From positions 18,662,001-18,726,000 of the forward strand of contig OZ241832.1 in NCBI GenBank assembly GCA_965202585.1: a DNA stretch of 64,000 nucleotides, read 5' to 3'. Numbering within the stretch: the stretch's first letter is position 1; every line of letters starts with the position of its first letter. The position numbers were made by a program, and so were the translations under genes. The notes below the pieces were generated by a model that worked only from the letters and a program-made list of their open reading frames with translations, was not told the origin of the DNA and did not search any database. This document shows, one piece after another, positions 23,801 through 35,950 of this stretch. The DNA comes from Thalia democratica (Eukaryota).

Positions 23801-24006
23801 CATTTTTTGTATTACCCAAATTTGTTACTAATAATGAGATTACTACTTTTAATGTTTTAGATTACAAGATTTATTTAAGTTTTAAAAGGTATGCTGTATT
23901 TTAAAATGTTCAATACGTTATTAGTTTTAAATGAAAAGGTTAGCAATAATATATCAAGAATTAAATACATATTTTGCTTTGTTAGTGTCATTTTTTAATA
24001 CTTAGA

Positions 24007-24500
24007 GAAAACCAATTTAAGTTTTAAACAAGTCAAAATGAATATTCTAGTGAAAAAATGCTGATCAAATAAACGATAGTTCAAAATTTTCAAATGTTTT
24101 GAGTTTGAAAGTGTTTCGGATCAAATCATTGCTTACAAGACATTACAGAGCACATACTAGAGAAAAAAATTTTGCTTGTCAAATATGTGACAGTAAGTTT
24201 GCACAAAAATTTACATTAGTTCGACATCAAGCTACTACTCATACCGGGGAAAAACCTTTTGCTTGTCAAGTTTGTGATAAAATGTTTTCATTGTAAAGTA
24301 GTTTAGTTCGACATCAAACCATTTGCTTGTCAAATCTGTGACAAAACATTTGCCAAAAAGTATACATTATTTAAACACCACGCTACTCATACAGGAAACA
24401 AAAAAAATTGCTTGTCAATTTTGTGACAAAAAATTTGCACAAAAAAATTACATTAGTTCGGTATCAAGCTACTCATACATGAGAAAAACCATTTTGCTGG
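24007..24500 (+). pseudogene. Degenerate C2H2 zinc-finger exon C1 (about 5 broken fingers)
   Basis: LTRHYRAHTREKNFACQICDSKFAQKFTLVRHQAT and HTGEKPFACQVCDKMF are followed by stops and frameshifts (ORFs 24099..24296 and 24323..24505). Confidence 0.8.
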
Positions 24501-25424
24501 TTTAAAAAAACATTGGTTTTATGCCATTTATAAATAACTTATTTTTTTTGAAGGAAAACGTTTTGAAAGATAATAAGTTTTATTTTAATATGAATGCAGC
24601 AAAATATTTCAAAACTGGGAATGTTAACAAACTATTGTATATTCAGATACAATTAATGTTTTTATTTTTATTTTTTCAAGTATATTTAAATACTAAAAGA
24701 AGTATTATAAGTCTACAGTTTAATATTATTCTTTTAAGACACTTTATTTTTTATCTATTTAAAACAAATTAAGTATTTGTGTAAAGGTTATAAGTTTTGT
24801 AAGTAAAATTTATAAGAAAAAAAATTGAGATACGTTTCATTAAAAAATCAAGTTTATTTATATACTATTTTTTTTTTGGAGAATATGTACTACTTTGTAA
24901 AAAATTTTAGTGTTAGTTTTATTGTTTAGTTAAAATAACAAATTAACTGTTCGTTTGTATGTAACTTTTTACTTTATCTTCGTATATTTAGATTGTGTTC
25001 TTTATGTTGACATATGTTAAATTTTGTAAGCATATTTAAAAAAAAATCCTTAAACTTGGTTCTTGTTAACATGTTAATTATAAAGGCCTAAATATTTTTT
25101 AAGGTGTTTAGCTAAAAAAATTAGTTTTAGTTTTGTGTATATATAAAGTTATACAGTTAGCTTATTTTTAACATTCAAGTTTTCTACTTAAAAAACTTTA
25201 AAATTTAAAATTGTTAAAATTTTTAATTAATTTTATAAATTTCTAAAGTAGTAATAATTAAGTTTTACATATTATTAATATCTCATTTTGTTACTTTTTC
25301 TTTGTTTTTTTTTTAAATTAAAGTAGTTGTTCATTTTTGTTTAAATTTTAGATTTTGTTTATACTTGGGTATTTTAATAATAATTTAATTAAATTTTAAA
25401 AAACTACAACTAATTTGTCATATA

Positions 25425-27499
25425 ATGGAAATCACAAGTGATTGTTTGCCATTTAATGAAGGTTAGTAGATTTTTTTTTTGTTAAAAAAAAAAAAATATT
25501 TTTGATGTTTTTGTACATGATTTTTTAGATTCATAACTTAAGTTTAAATTTGCCATAACAATCAATGTTGAAATTTTTAGTATTAAAAAAGTAATTTAAC
25601 AAATGTCTTATTGAAATCTATAACATAAAATTTTAACTGGTTATAAAAGTAATATGATTACTTTAGCAATTAAATCGTTTACATACGTATTTTGGCACGG
25701 GTAACAAATTTCATTTACTGTACTTATTTACAGATGTTTCAAACCAAGCAAATGTATTACTTGTTAATCTAAAAGAAGTAGTTGGTAAGTTACAAGCTGA
25801 AAGAAATTACTTCAAAACTCAAGTAGAAAAACTTAAAATTGAAAAGCAAAAAGTAATAGTTTCATATAAAAATTTGTCAAAACGATTAGTTTGTTTTGAA
25901 GAAAAACTAAAAACGATAATTGCTTTGTAAGTTCTAGTGTTTGTATTTTAATAAATATTTAAACATAGTTTCAGTTTTTAATATTAGTTATTTTTTGTAG
26001 CAACCTAATTAGAATGATTCTGTATTTTAACTTAACAACAAACAAATAAGAAGAAAATCAAAGTAATTATTTTAGCAAAAGGTCTGGCAACGAAGTAAAA
26101 AATAAAATATTAATTTAAAAAAAGTTCTGACAACGAAGTCACCACTGAAGTTAATTCATATCAAGTTGAATCTTCACTGAATGATGTTGAACATGATAAA
26201 AATATTTATAAATTAGTTAATAGTGTAAACTGTAAGCTACTTAGCTTGTTTTTGTACTAATATTTAAAAAGCTTTATTTAGAGATTAACTTTGATATATT
26301 TGTAAAAATGATTAATTACAAAATACTTTTGAAGCAACTCTAGTTTTTAAAAACTATACATTAATAAAATAAAATATATCTTTTTCGTCTATTTTTATTC
26401 AGTATAACTCAAAAATCTTAACTTTTAAATGTTTAAGTTCAACTAATCTTGTAAAGACTGGTTACTTAAGTGGATCTTTTGAAAAAGTAAAAACTGAAGA
26501 AAATGTTTCATACAATTTGCATAAATCCCAAACTAACAATTCAAATAAAGGTAGTATAATTTTTGCAAAGTTGTTATACAATAGATTTTTGCTAAGATAT
26601 TTTAGATAATACCTGATCTTAAGCTTATGAAAAAATCTCTAAGTTAGTGGTCGATTTAGTACTTTTCCCAAATTTACAGTTACTATTTTTTGTTGTTAAA
26701 ATGAACCTTAAATAAAGTTTTTATTTTGGCTATTATAATCATAGTTTTAGTAAAATTATTTTTTTCAAGATTTATTTCTTATTATGAATTCTTAATATTG
26801 TGTATTCTTAATTTTATATAGAGTTTTGTAATTTTGAAATTAGATTAAATTGTAGTATTATAATCGACACAAAAAATTGTTTGGTTATCGAATGTTTCAT
26901 GACCTTAATATAAACGGCATTTATATAAAACGAGATAATCATGCATTTTTTTTAAATAATTTGTTATTTTTGTTTTAACACAAAGAATAGTTTTGTGTTA
27001 TCCATAAGATATACGATACTGTTATTTTAACTAGGTATGTATGTTTTAAATTATATTCCAAATTTTTGCAGAAAAACAATTTGATTGTCAAGTATGTGAT
27101 AGAAAATACTCCACCAAAGTTTCTCTTTATCAACACATGAAAGTTCATGACGAATCGAAAAGTTTAAAGTGTGATGTTTGTTTGAAATTTTTCTCTAGAA
27201 ATGCTGATCTCAAAAGACATTACAGAACACATACTGGAGAAAAACCTTTTGCTTGTCAAGTTTGTGATAAAAGATTTGCTCGAAAATCTACATTAGTTGA
27301 ACATCAAACTACTCACAGTGATGTAAGAAAAATCAAATGTTCTATTTGTCCCGAAGGTATATATTTCAAAACAAAAAAAGATTTAAATCGACACATGGTT
27401 TTTCATTATGAACCAAAATTTTCTTGCAGTCATTGTGATCATAAAAGTTATACCTCAAGTGGTTTAGCAAAGCATAAAAAAACTCATGTTAAGAAATAA
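25425..27499 (+). CDS. Coiled-coil + 5x C2H2 zinc-finger gene A2 (spliced; open if exon 4 is skipped)
   Basis: Exons 25425-25461, 25734-25926, 26125-26231 and 27072-27499 sum to 765 nt (254 aa). The finger exon is intact with a TGEKPF linker. The exon-4 homolog (26431-26550) has lost its AG, and the exon-3 acceptor (AAG) is weak. Confidence 0.62.
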
Positions 27500-28614
27500 C
27501 TTAGAATTTATTATTCTAATCTATTGTTTACTTATTAGTGTCAAAAGTCTTAACTTTATAATGAAAATATGTTAAAATTTGTCTATTTACAGTTACATTA
27601 ATAAAACAAACATTCTAGTATATAAACAAACACATTGATTAGTTATTAAATATAATTACTTTTAGTCTTTGCTAATAGAAGTTCAAGCTAAAAGATTATA
27701 TCAAGTCTTCTTTTAGTTAACTTACTGTATTAAAGTTGTAAAACAAAGTTCTAAAAGCTTATTATTAATAATGTAACTGTTTATTATTACTTAGTTTTTA
27801 AAATAATTCATTAACATTAGAATAAGTTTTTTTTTATTTTTTGTTATTTATTTAATACCTATTTCCGCTTTATAGTTAAGCTTTTTTTCATGTATTTTAG
27901 AACTATAAATAAGTTTTTTTGTTGAAAAAAAAAAAACGATTTAACTAAATTTGTTATTATCTTTTTTGTTTATTTTAAGATTAAAAACTATAAAGCAGTT
28001 TTACTACAAAAAACCTTTTTTAAAATCATTATTTATGACAGCTCTGCTTGTTACTAATTTTCTGTTGACTAAATTGAGTAACTTGATTATTTACTATTGT
28101 TTAAGCTTCAAATTTTATCGTATACTTCTAAGATTTTTTAACTAAATAAATAGTTTTTGAAAAAAAATCAAGTGAATTACTACATAATGCAATTCATAGT
28201 TGAAAACTTGCTAAATAAAATATCGTTAGTATTTTTTATATGTTTTAACTCAATAATATTTCAGTAATACTTATATTTCTACAATTTATTATAATCTGTT
28301 GGTTTTAAGTTTATTTATAATGTTATATTAAACATTTTATTTAAAATCACATATATTGTGTTATTTTATAAGCGTATATTTATTTAAAAAAATTTTTGTT
28401 GAAGGTTACACTTCTTAATAAAACCACTAAAAAAACATGAGTATTTTTTAAAACTTTTCTTAAAACTTCTAAATTCTCAAACCTCTAAATTTTTAAATTC
28501 TTAAAACATGTTTGTTATTATTTTAAATTGAATTTTAATTATTAAACTTTAAACTCTATCGGTAAATTTTAAAAGCCACAGGTAAACATATTTTTTAATT
28601 GTTTAAATACTTAC

Positions 28615-28930
28615 TGAACAAGAACTTATTTTTCAAGTTTGTCATAAAAAATGTTTTACCAGATATTCTCTTAATCAACACATGAAAGTTCAAGATGATT
28701 CTAAAAGTTGTAAGTGTGATGTTTGTTTGAAAATGTTTTAATACATATTGTTGTATAAAAGACATTACAGAACACGTACTGGAGGAAAATATTTTGCTTG
28801 TCAAAGATGTGACAGAACATTGGGCTTAAAAGTAACTAAGTTTATCCTCAAGCTACTCATATTAAAGAAAAACGTTTTACTTGTCAATCGTTTTGATTGT
28901 CAAAATTATGTGATGGAACTTTTTCAGTAA
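28615..28930 (+). pseudogene. Relic C2H2 zinc-finger exon D2
   Basis: QVCHKK...SLNQHMKV...CDVCLKMF...RHYRTRTGGKYFACQRCD, broken by a stop; paralog of 8520-8830. Confidence 0.7.
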
Positions 28931-30561
28931 ATCTTACTTATTTCGACATCAAGCCAGCTACAAGATTGTTAGAAATTTTAGAAGTTTTATTTGTTTAGAT
29001 TATTTAATTAAAGGTAGTTCAAGTCAACATATGATCTTCAATAATGGACACAAATTTTCTAAAAGACTGCTCTCACATATTTTATTTAAATTTAACTTAA
29101 GTATTTAAGTCAATGTGTTTGCAACTTTTGTTTTAAAGTAAAAACATATAATTTTCCAGTTTTTAAAGACCTAATAGTTAAATTTTAATTATAATCCCAA
29201 TAAGTTTTTTTTAATTATAACCATTTAATTATTTCATAAAATCAAATATTTTGACTTAAAAAAACTTTAATAATTATGCTAAATCTGTCATAGGAAAAAA
29301 TATTGCTAAGTAATTTTTGTGACATTATGTTCATTTTTATTCTAAAGCTGAAGTAAGTTAATTTGTTATTTCTATTAAAATAAATATTTTTGACCCATAA
29401 CAAAAATCTAGATAAATTAATAAAGTTTTAAAAATTGTTATTTTCATTTTTTTAAACATTATTTGTTGTTATTGTTATTTGATTCGTACAAAGGAGATAT
29501 AAATTTTGAATATAACTCAGCAGCATAAATTGTTTTTTTTTAGAATTTTCAAATAACAATTTGTTTATAATTTCAAATAAAAAAAAAGGATTTTTTTAAT
29601 AGTTTTTAATTTTGAAGTATTTAGTAAATTATTCTATCCATATTTATAGTCAAATATTTCTTTATCCATAAAAAAAACATTACAGAATTAGTCTAATATT
29701 TTTTTTTTTTTGAAGCTTGATAGATTTTATCTTTTTGTACAAGACATTGTTCAGCTCAAAATTAAATTGTAGATATTTTAAGATAATTTAGAAGCAGAAG
29801 TTAAATTTTTCCTGTATTTTGGAAACATCCTTGATTTAAAATCTTAATAAAAAAACTCATAAAAAATTATGAGTTTTGAAAACTTGGTAAGTTGTTCTGC
29901 ATTTATGTTATTAATTGGTCTGAATGAGAAAATTGTATAATTATTGTTATGTTATGACACAAGAACTTTAAAGTTAGTTTAACGGGATTAGTAAAAATTA
30001 CTATTAAATCATTTTCACTTAATATTACTTGTACTTCATATAAAGAGTTGTTTGAGTTTTTTATTGATGACTTTTAAATTACTTAGTAAGTTTGTTTAAA
30101 AAGTTTGAACGTAACAATTAATTTTGTATTTTTTTTATTAGTCTGTTTTCTTAAACAGAAGAACATTCAACCAAGTAGTAAATAAAAGCTTGTTAAGTAA
30201 TAAAGTTTTAAAGCATTTTTCTAATAAAAAAATGTTCATGTATTTTACTAATTCCAAGGCAATTTTATAAAATGTAAAATCAATTTGAGTTAGTAGTTTT
30301 TTTTTTTATCTCAAAAAATTTGTTTCATTTTATTAATTGAATTTTTAACTTGTTTTAGTTAAACTGTTGTAGTAAATTTTATAGTGTAAAACTGCACGAC
30401 AAATAATGTATAGGTATTAGGTTTTAAGTTAAAAATATAAAACAATATAGTTTTTTTTTAATTTGTAAGTAATTTGTTTTGTTGTTTAAGTTAATTTTAA
30501 AAACTCGTTTTTAACAGGTTTATAGTTTAAATATAGTATATCTTCAACTGTCATCATCATT

Positions 30562-32631
30562 ATGGAATTCGTAAATGAAGGCAAGTTTCCTTATACAAGT
30601 TTTTATTTTTAATTTGTCATATATGAAGTTGATTAAAGCTGTAATGTTATTATAGTAGTTGCTTTTTACATTTATTATGATTTATGAAAAAGTTAGTTAT
30701 AAAACGGCAGCTGTTGTTAAAAATTAAAAATATTTATGTAATTTTTTGAATTCAATGTATTTAGAAAAAGCTGTGTTGTCTTTCGATAAATTTAATCAAT
30801 GTAAAAACAAAAAGTTTTAGAACAGCTAGTGATTTATTATTTTATAAATTACTTTTAATTTTTGTAGATGTTTCTAACAAAGCTAAATTACTACTTTCGA
30901 ATTTGAAAGAGATATTTGAGAAATTGCAATATGAAAAAAACTACTTTAAAACTCAAGTAGAAAAACTACACTATGAAAAGAATCAATTAGCTATTTCAAA
31001 TAAAAGTCTTTCAAAAAAAGTTGATTCACTTCAAAAAGAGTTACAAAGAAAAACTTTTCCGTTAGTATATATTGTTTATTGAACGATTAAAAGCGCTCAA
31101 AAATTTTGGTCTAAGGACTTGGTGTAAAAAGGAACCTTTCGGTTATCGAGTAGTACACCACAATATATTTGTTTTATAAATAAATTTATGATCATGAGTA
31201 CATTTAATTCTTAGAACATTAATGTGTGTATTTTAAACTAAAAACAATTAAGTTTTTCTTACGTTCTGAAAAATAAAGTTCAATTATAAAATGATTCAAT
31301 ATATTTTTAGTGAGAATAAATACAATAACCAAGTTAAACCAGATAAAACGGAGTTGTTATCTACTAATGTTGAGTTTGTTGATATTTTTGATAAACCTGT
31401 TATTTCTCCAAGCAGTAAGTTGTAAACTAATAAATTAAATGAGATATTTAATTTATTCAAACTTAATTATTAGTGTCAATTGTTTGGTTAAGTAATTATT
31501 TTTACAGTTTTTTTTTTACAGAACTAATTTTCGGAAGAACTGATAAAATTTTAACAAAATAATATTAATAAAAATTTTAAATGTGTTTGTAAACTCCTAA
31601 TTTTTTTAAACCATTCTTTAATTATAAAAGTAAAATAAAAAAAACATTCAGTAATACTGCATGGTCTTAAAAACTTGAAAAACAATTTACTTCTCAGAAT
31701 ATACAAAACAACAAAACCAAAATAGAAAATTGAAGAAATCTAGTGACCAACTTGGAAGCTCTTCTCAATCTAGTAGTAGTGAGTATATTTCTTAAACAAT
31801 AACTGTTTAACAACTGTTTTGAAAGTTTATAAAGTATATATTTTTTAACATTCGTGATCACTAAAGTAAACCAATTTGTTTAGTATATTTTAAATTACTA
31901 GTTTTAGTTATAAGTTGAAATTTTGCATATTCTTTTTTATACTACATTGTGTTAATTATATTACTACTAAACAAGTTTTGAATAATTAAACGACTTTAAT
32001 TTTATATTACCGATTGTTTATTTAACTTTGAAATTAGAACTATATCTATAAACAGTTATTATTTTTTGAATATAAAAGAACATTTTTTTTTAAGAATTCT
32101 AAATTTTTAATACATTCTTAGAATTTAGATTAAAACGATAGTTATAACTTATCAGAACTTGATATTTTTTTTGCTATGTAAGTGTTGACTTTTTATTTCA
32201 ATACTACAGAAAAACATCTTCAAGCAAGTCATGATCACCTTTATAATGAGAATTTGCTGAACCAACAAATGAATGTACAAAAAAAATCGAAAAGTTTTAA
32301 ATGCGATGTTTGTTTAAAAGTATTTCCAAGAAAATCAAACTTAACACAACATTACAGAGTTCATACTGGAGAAAAACCATTTGCTTGTCAAATTTGTGAT
32401 AAAAAATTTGCACGAAAATCTCACTTAGTTCAACATCAAGCTACTCACAGTGATTTAAAAAATTTTAAATGTTCTATTTGTCCAGAAGGTAGATTTTTTA
32501 AAACAAAAGATCAATTAAGTACTCACATGGTTTATCATTATGAACCTAAATATTCTTGCAGTCATTGCGATCATAAAAGCTATAGAAAGTGTGATTTATC
32601 AAAGCATGAAAAAACTCATGCACAAAATTAA
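30562..32631 (+). CDS. Coiled-coil + 4x C2H2 zinc-finger gene B2 (apparently intact, 272 aa)
   Basis: Exons 30562-30580 (GC donor), 30868-31060, 31311-31414, 31698-31778 and 32210-32631 sum to 819 nt with no internal stop. It has four complete C2H2 fingers and an AATAAA shortly after the stop. Confidence 0.8.
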
Positions 32632-35600
32632 GTCTTACCACTAAATAAAATACTTTATGAATCTAACTTTTGGTTAATTATTTCTTTTATAAAATAAAAC
32701 TAATTTTATTAGGCTTCATTCAAGTAAGAATTCAGTAAAGTAATTTTTCATCAGTGACTTTAATTTGCAGAACTAGTATGTATTTTAAGAAAATAATTAT
32801 TACTACTATTCAGTTTACTACTTTACTTGTAACACTTTTTACTTTTAGCAATTTAAGATGAATTGGAATGTGCTTTAAGTTCTTATGAATTAAGGGTGTG
32901 AAAAAAAAATGTAACATATATTTCTTCATAAAGTTTTTTTTTAAGTTTTATTTGTGCACACATAATTAATTAAGTTCTATCTTTTGCACTTAAAACGTTT
33001 ATTTTTATTAAATTTTTTTTTGCAGAAATATTATTTTGAAAATTTTCTAGTTTAAATAACTTTTAAACTTTTAAATAGTTTGTTTCATTAGTTATAAATT
33101 CAATAAATATTTTTTATATCGAGGATTCAAATTGTTTCGTACAAATAAGAAGATTTAAAACCAATTTTTTGTTCAAATCTTTTATTTACTAGTCATAACT
33201 AGTTTTTATTTTGATTAAACACAGTTTCTTAAATGTACGTTTGAATTGCTTGTTTTTTGATCTTAATAAAAATGCAAGATTTTTGTTATGCACACAAATA
33301 ATTTTATTTGTTGAGAACTATGTACAGAAAACATTTATTTGCTTTATTGAAAAGAGTATGTATGTTTTATTGTTTTAATTTAATTTAAAGAGTTTCAATT
33401 ATAGATCTTACTGTTAATAAATTATTTCACTCAACAATAATCATAATGTATTTTGCAAGTCAATTAGATTAAAGTAAGCTCTATTATTCGATTTATTTTG
33501 AAGTTTTTGTTAATATTTTTAAAATTAAAAAGATGAAAATTATCTATACTTATCAATTTCACTTTATTTTTAAAACTTTTTACATAAAATAACTAACATG
33601 TACAAATTTTAACTTTTGAAGAATTTAAACGTTTTCTGTTTTAGAACTGGCATATTTTCTTTATTAAATTTAAATTATAATGTTGCAGGAAGCTTTATTA
33701 AACTATAAATAGCCATTATTAGAAAGAAATTAAATCGAAAATTTATACTTTAAGATAGTAATGTAGATGTTTTTTTTTCAAATCTATATATTTTTCAATT
33801 GTCAAGTATTTACTGCTAACACGAAATTTAGTTGTTAAAAGTATTCAGTGTCATTAGCATCAGAAATATTTAAAACAAATAATAAAAATATAGTATGAAA
33901 ATGTTTAATATCAGCGTATAAATATTTAACAAAAACTTTAATGATTTTGTCAACTAACTTTTTAAAACTTTTTTTGAAGTTGTGCAGATTGTTAACGTTG
34001 AACTATTTTTATACCTAGAAACTTGAAAGGATTAATAGATAAAATACAAAAAAAGTATATTAACTTGAAAAAACTAGTAGGAACATAACAAAATAAAAAT
34101 AAATACTTTACTATCTCTGATAAAACTCTTTTTTTTTAATTATTGGAGAAAAATAATATTGAAAAATCTTGATAAATAAAGTATAAACTTTGAAATAACA
34201 TCGATTTAGATTTATTTCTCTAAACATTGTCGTTGTAAAATATTAAATTTTTAAACAATAAGAAAGTTTTCATTTTTAATTTTGTATAAAGTAATTACAA
34301 ATTTGTTTTAAATATAGTTTATATTTATCCTTTAAAGCAAAAGAACATAAATTAAAAATTCGATTCAAAATTGTTTATCACAAGTTCATTTCATATTCAA
34401 GTATCAATTACAAACGCAGAATATGAACAAAATTGTAGAAAATATAAAAAGGTTTTTTTTAAGTTTAATCAGTGAATTCAAGTTAATTTTTTGTAAAAAT
34501 GTAAAATTTTTAATATAAATACAACCCATTTTATGGTTATAGTTTTCTATATAATGCACAAAAGTTTTTCAAAACTTTTTTTTCATATAGATTTACAGTA
34601 AAATTTAATCCAAAACTGCAATCAACTGTGTAAGAATTCAAAAGAAGTAAGACGCAAAAAATGTTTAAATTATTTAGTTTCTTTGTTTTATATTTTTACA
34701 ATTAAAAGTATTCTTTTTACAATAAAAAAATCATTGTGTTGTTATTTTGTATTGTAGCAGTATTGCATGCTTCACTGTTTTCTTAATTATATAAGAGAAG
34801 AGATTGCAAAAAAGATTAATTTCTCAATGCTTAAATATAATAGTTTTCAATAAATGTTTCTTTTTGTAGAATGGTGAACCAAAGTCACCTGTAGACTCTT
34901 GTTTAAGCTGAGTATTATTTAATCTACTATTATGTTAATTAATTCTTTATAGTGGAAATTTACTTTGTATATATTGTATTGTGTAATAGATTATAAAACC
35001 ATTTGAACAGTACTTAGGTTAATATATCAAAGAGATATTATTTAGAATGTATTAGCATGGTTAGCGTTTTATAGTAATATTTAGTTTATATAATGAGCCT
35101 TCAGGTCCTCTATCACTATAGTTAATAGTATGTTTTGTTTTAAAGTTAGTGAAAATAGTTTTATACTGTCTAAAATTTTTTACTTTTTGTAAAATAGCAG
35201 ACTGCAATTTTCAAGCTGTTTGTAGTTTTTTATAAACTGTATTTCAAACTGAATATTTTAACATAAATAAAAACCAAATGAGTTATTTATAATTCTTTTA
35301 AAATAAGAGAAACTAGTGCTTATTAAATACAAAACATTTAATAAAAAATTGAATCAATCTTTAAATTAAAAATTTTTGAATAATTAATCAAAGTTTAATT
35401 TTTCAACTTCACTAAATCATAGTCTCCTATTTTTCAAATAGTTTTGTATTTTTTTATAGTGTATTTTTTAATACATTTATAGTTTCAAACATACTAAAAA
35501 AATAGATAGATAAACATAACAACCTCTGGGACGTTCTGCCGATATTCGCACCATCACAGATATTTGCACCATCCACATTTAAACTTACAAATTACTTTAC

Positions 35601-35639
35601 TTATTTCTAGATCGGCAGCGATACTTACAAATTCTATTT

Positions 35640-35950
35640 AAACGTGTCAAATGCCACTGTGATAGTGTGTATATCGGAAGAACGTTCAAAAGATTCCACA
35701 TTAGAAGAGACCAACATGTTTAAAAATCCCTAAGATGTTTGATGAACATTGGTTTGAAAAACCATCTAACAGGTCTTCGGCAATTGCCGAACACTTATTA
35801 AACAACTCTGATTGTGCAAATAATTATAGTGGCACTTATTTTTTAAATATAAGTAAAGCACGTAATAATTATTATCTAAGTGATTTAGAATCGTTATTTG
35901 TAAAAAGGTTTGAAAAATGATTTATGCAAGCAACTATTCATTTATAAATA
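35640..35950 (+). mobile_element. Degenerate Penelope/Poseidon-type GIY-YIG endonuclease fragment
   Basis: CHCDSVYIGRTFKRFHIRRDQHV, then SSAIAEHLLNNSDCANNY...LESLFVKRF...LCKQ, with stops. Confidence 0.8.

Larger units (their letters stand above)
4807..34595 (+). repeat. Tandem segmental duplication of a zinc-finger gene unit: copy 1 about 4807-22790 (interrupted by the Penelope array), copy 2 about 24915-34595
   Basis: Colinear similarity in exons, introns and intergenic DNA, e.g. 5678 vs 25734, 6972 vs 27072, 17413 vs 29222, 19094 vs 30868, 20446 vs 32210 and 22340 vs 34190. Confidence 0.92.
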
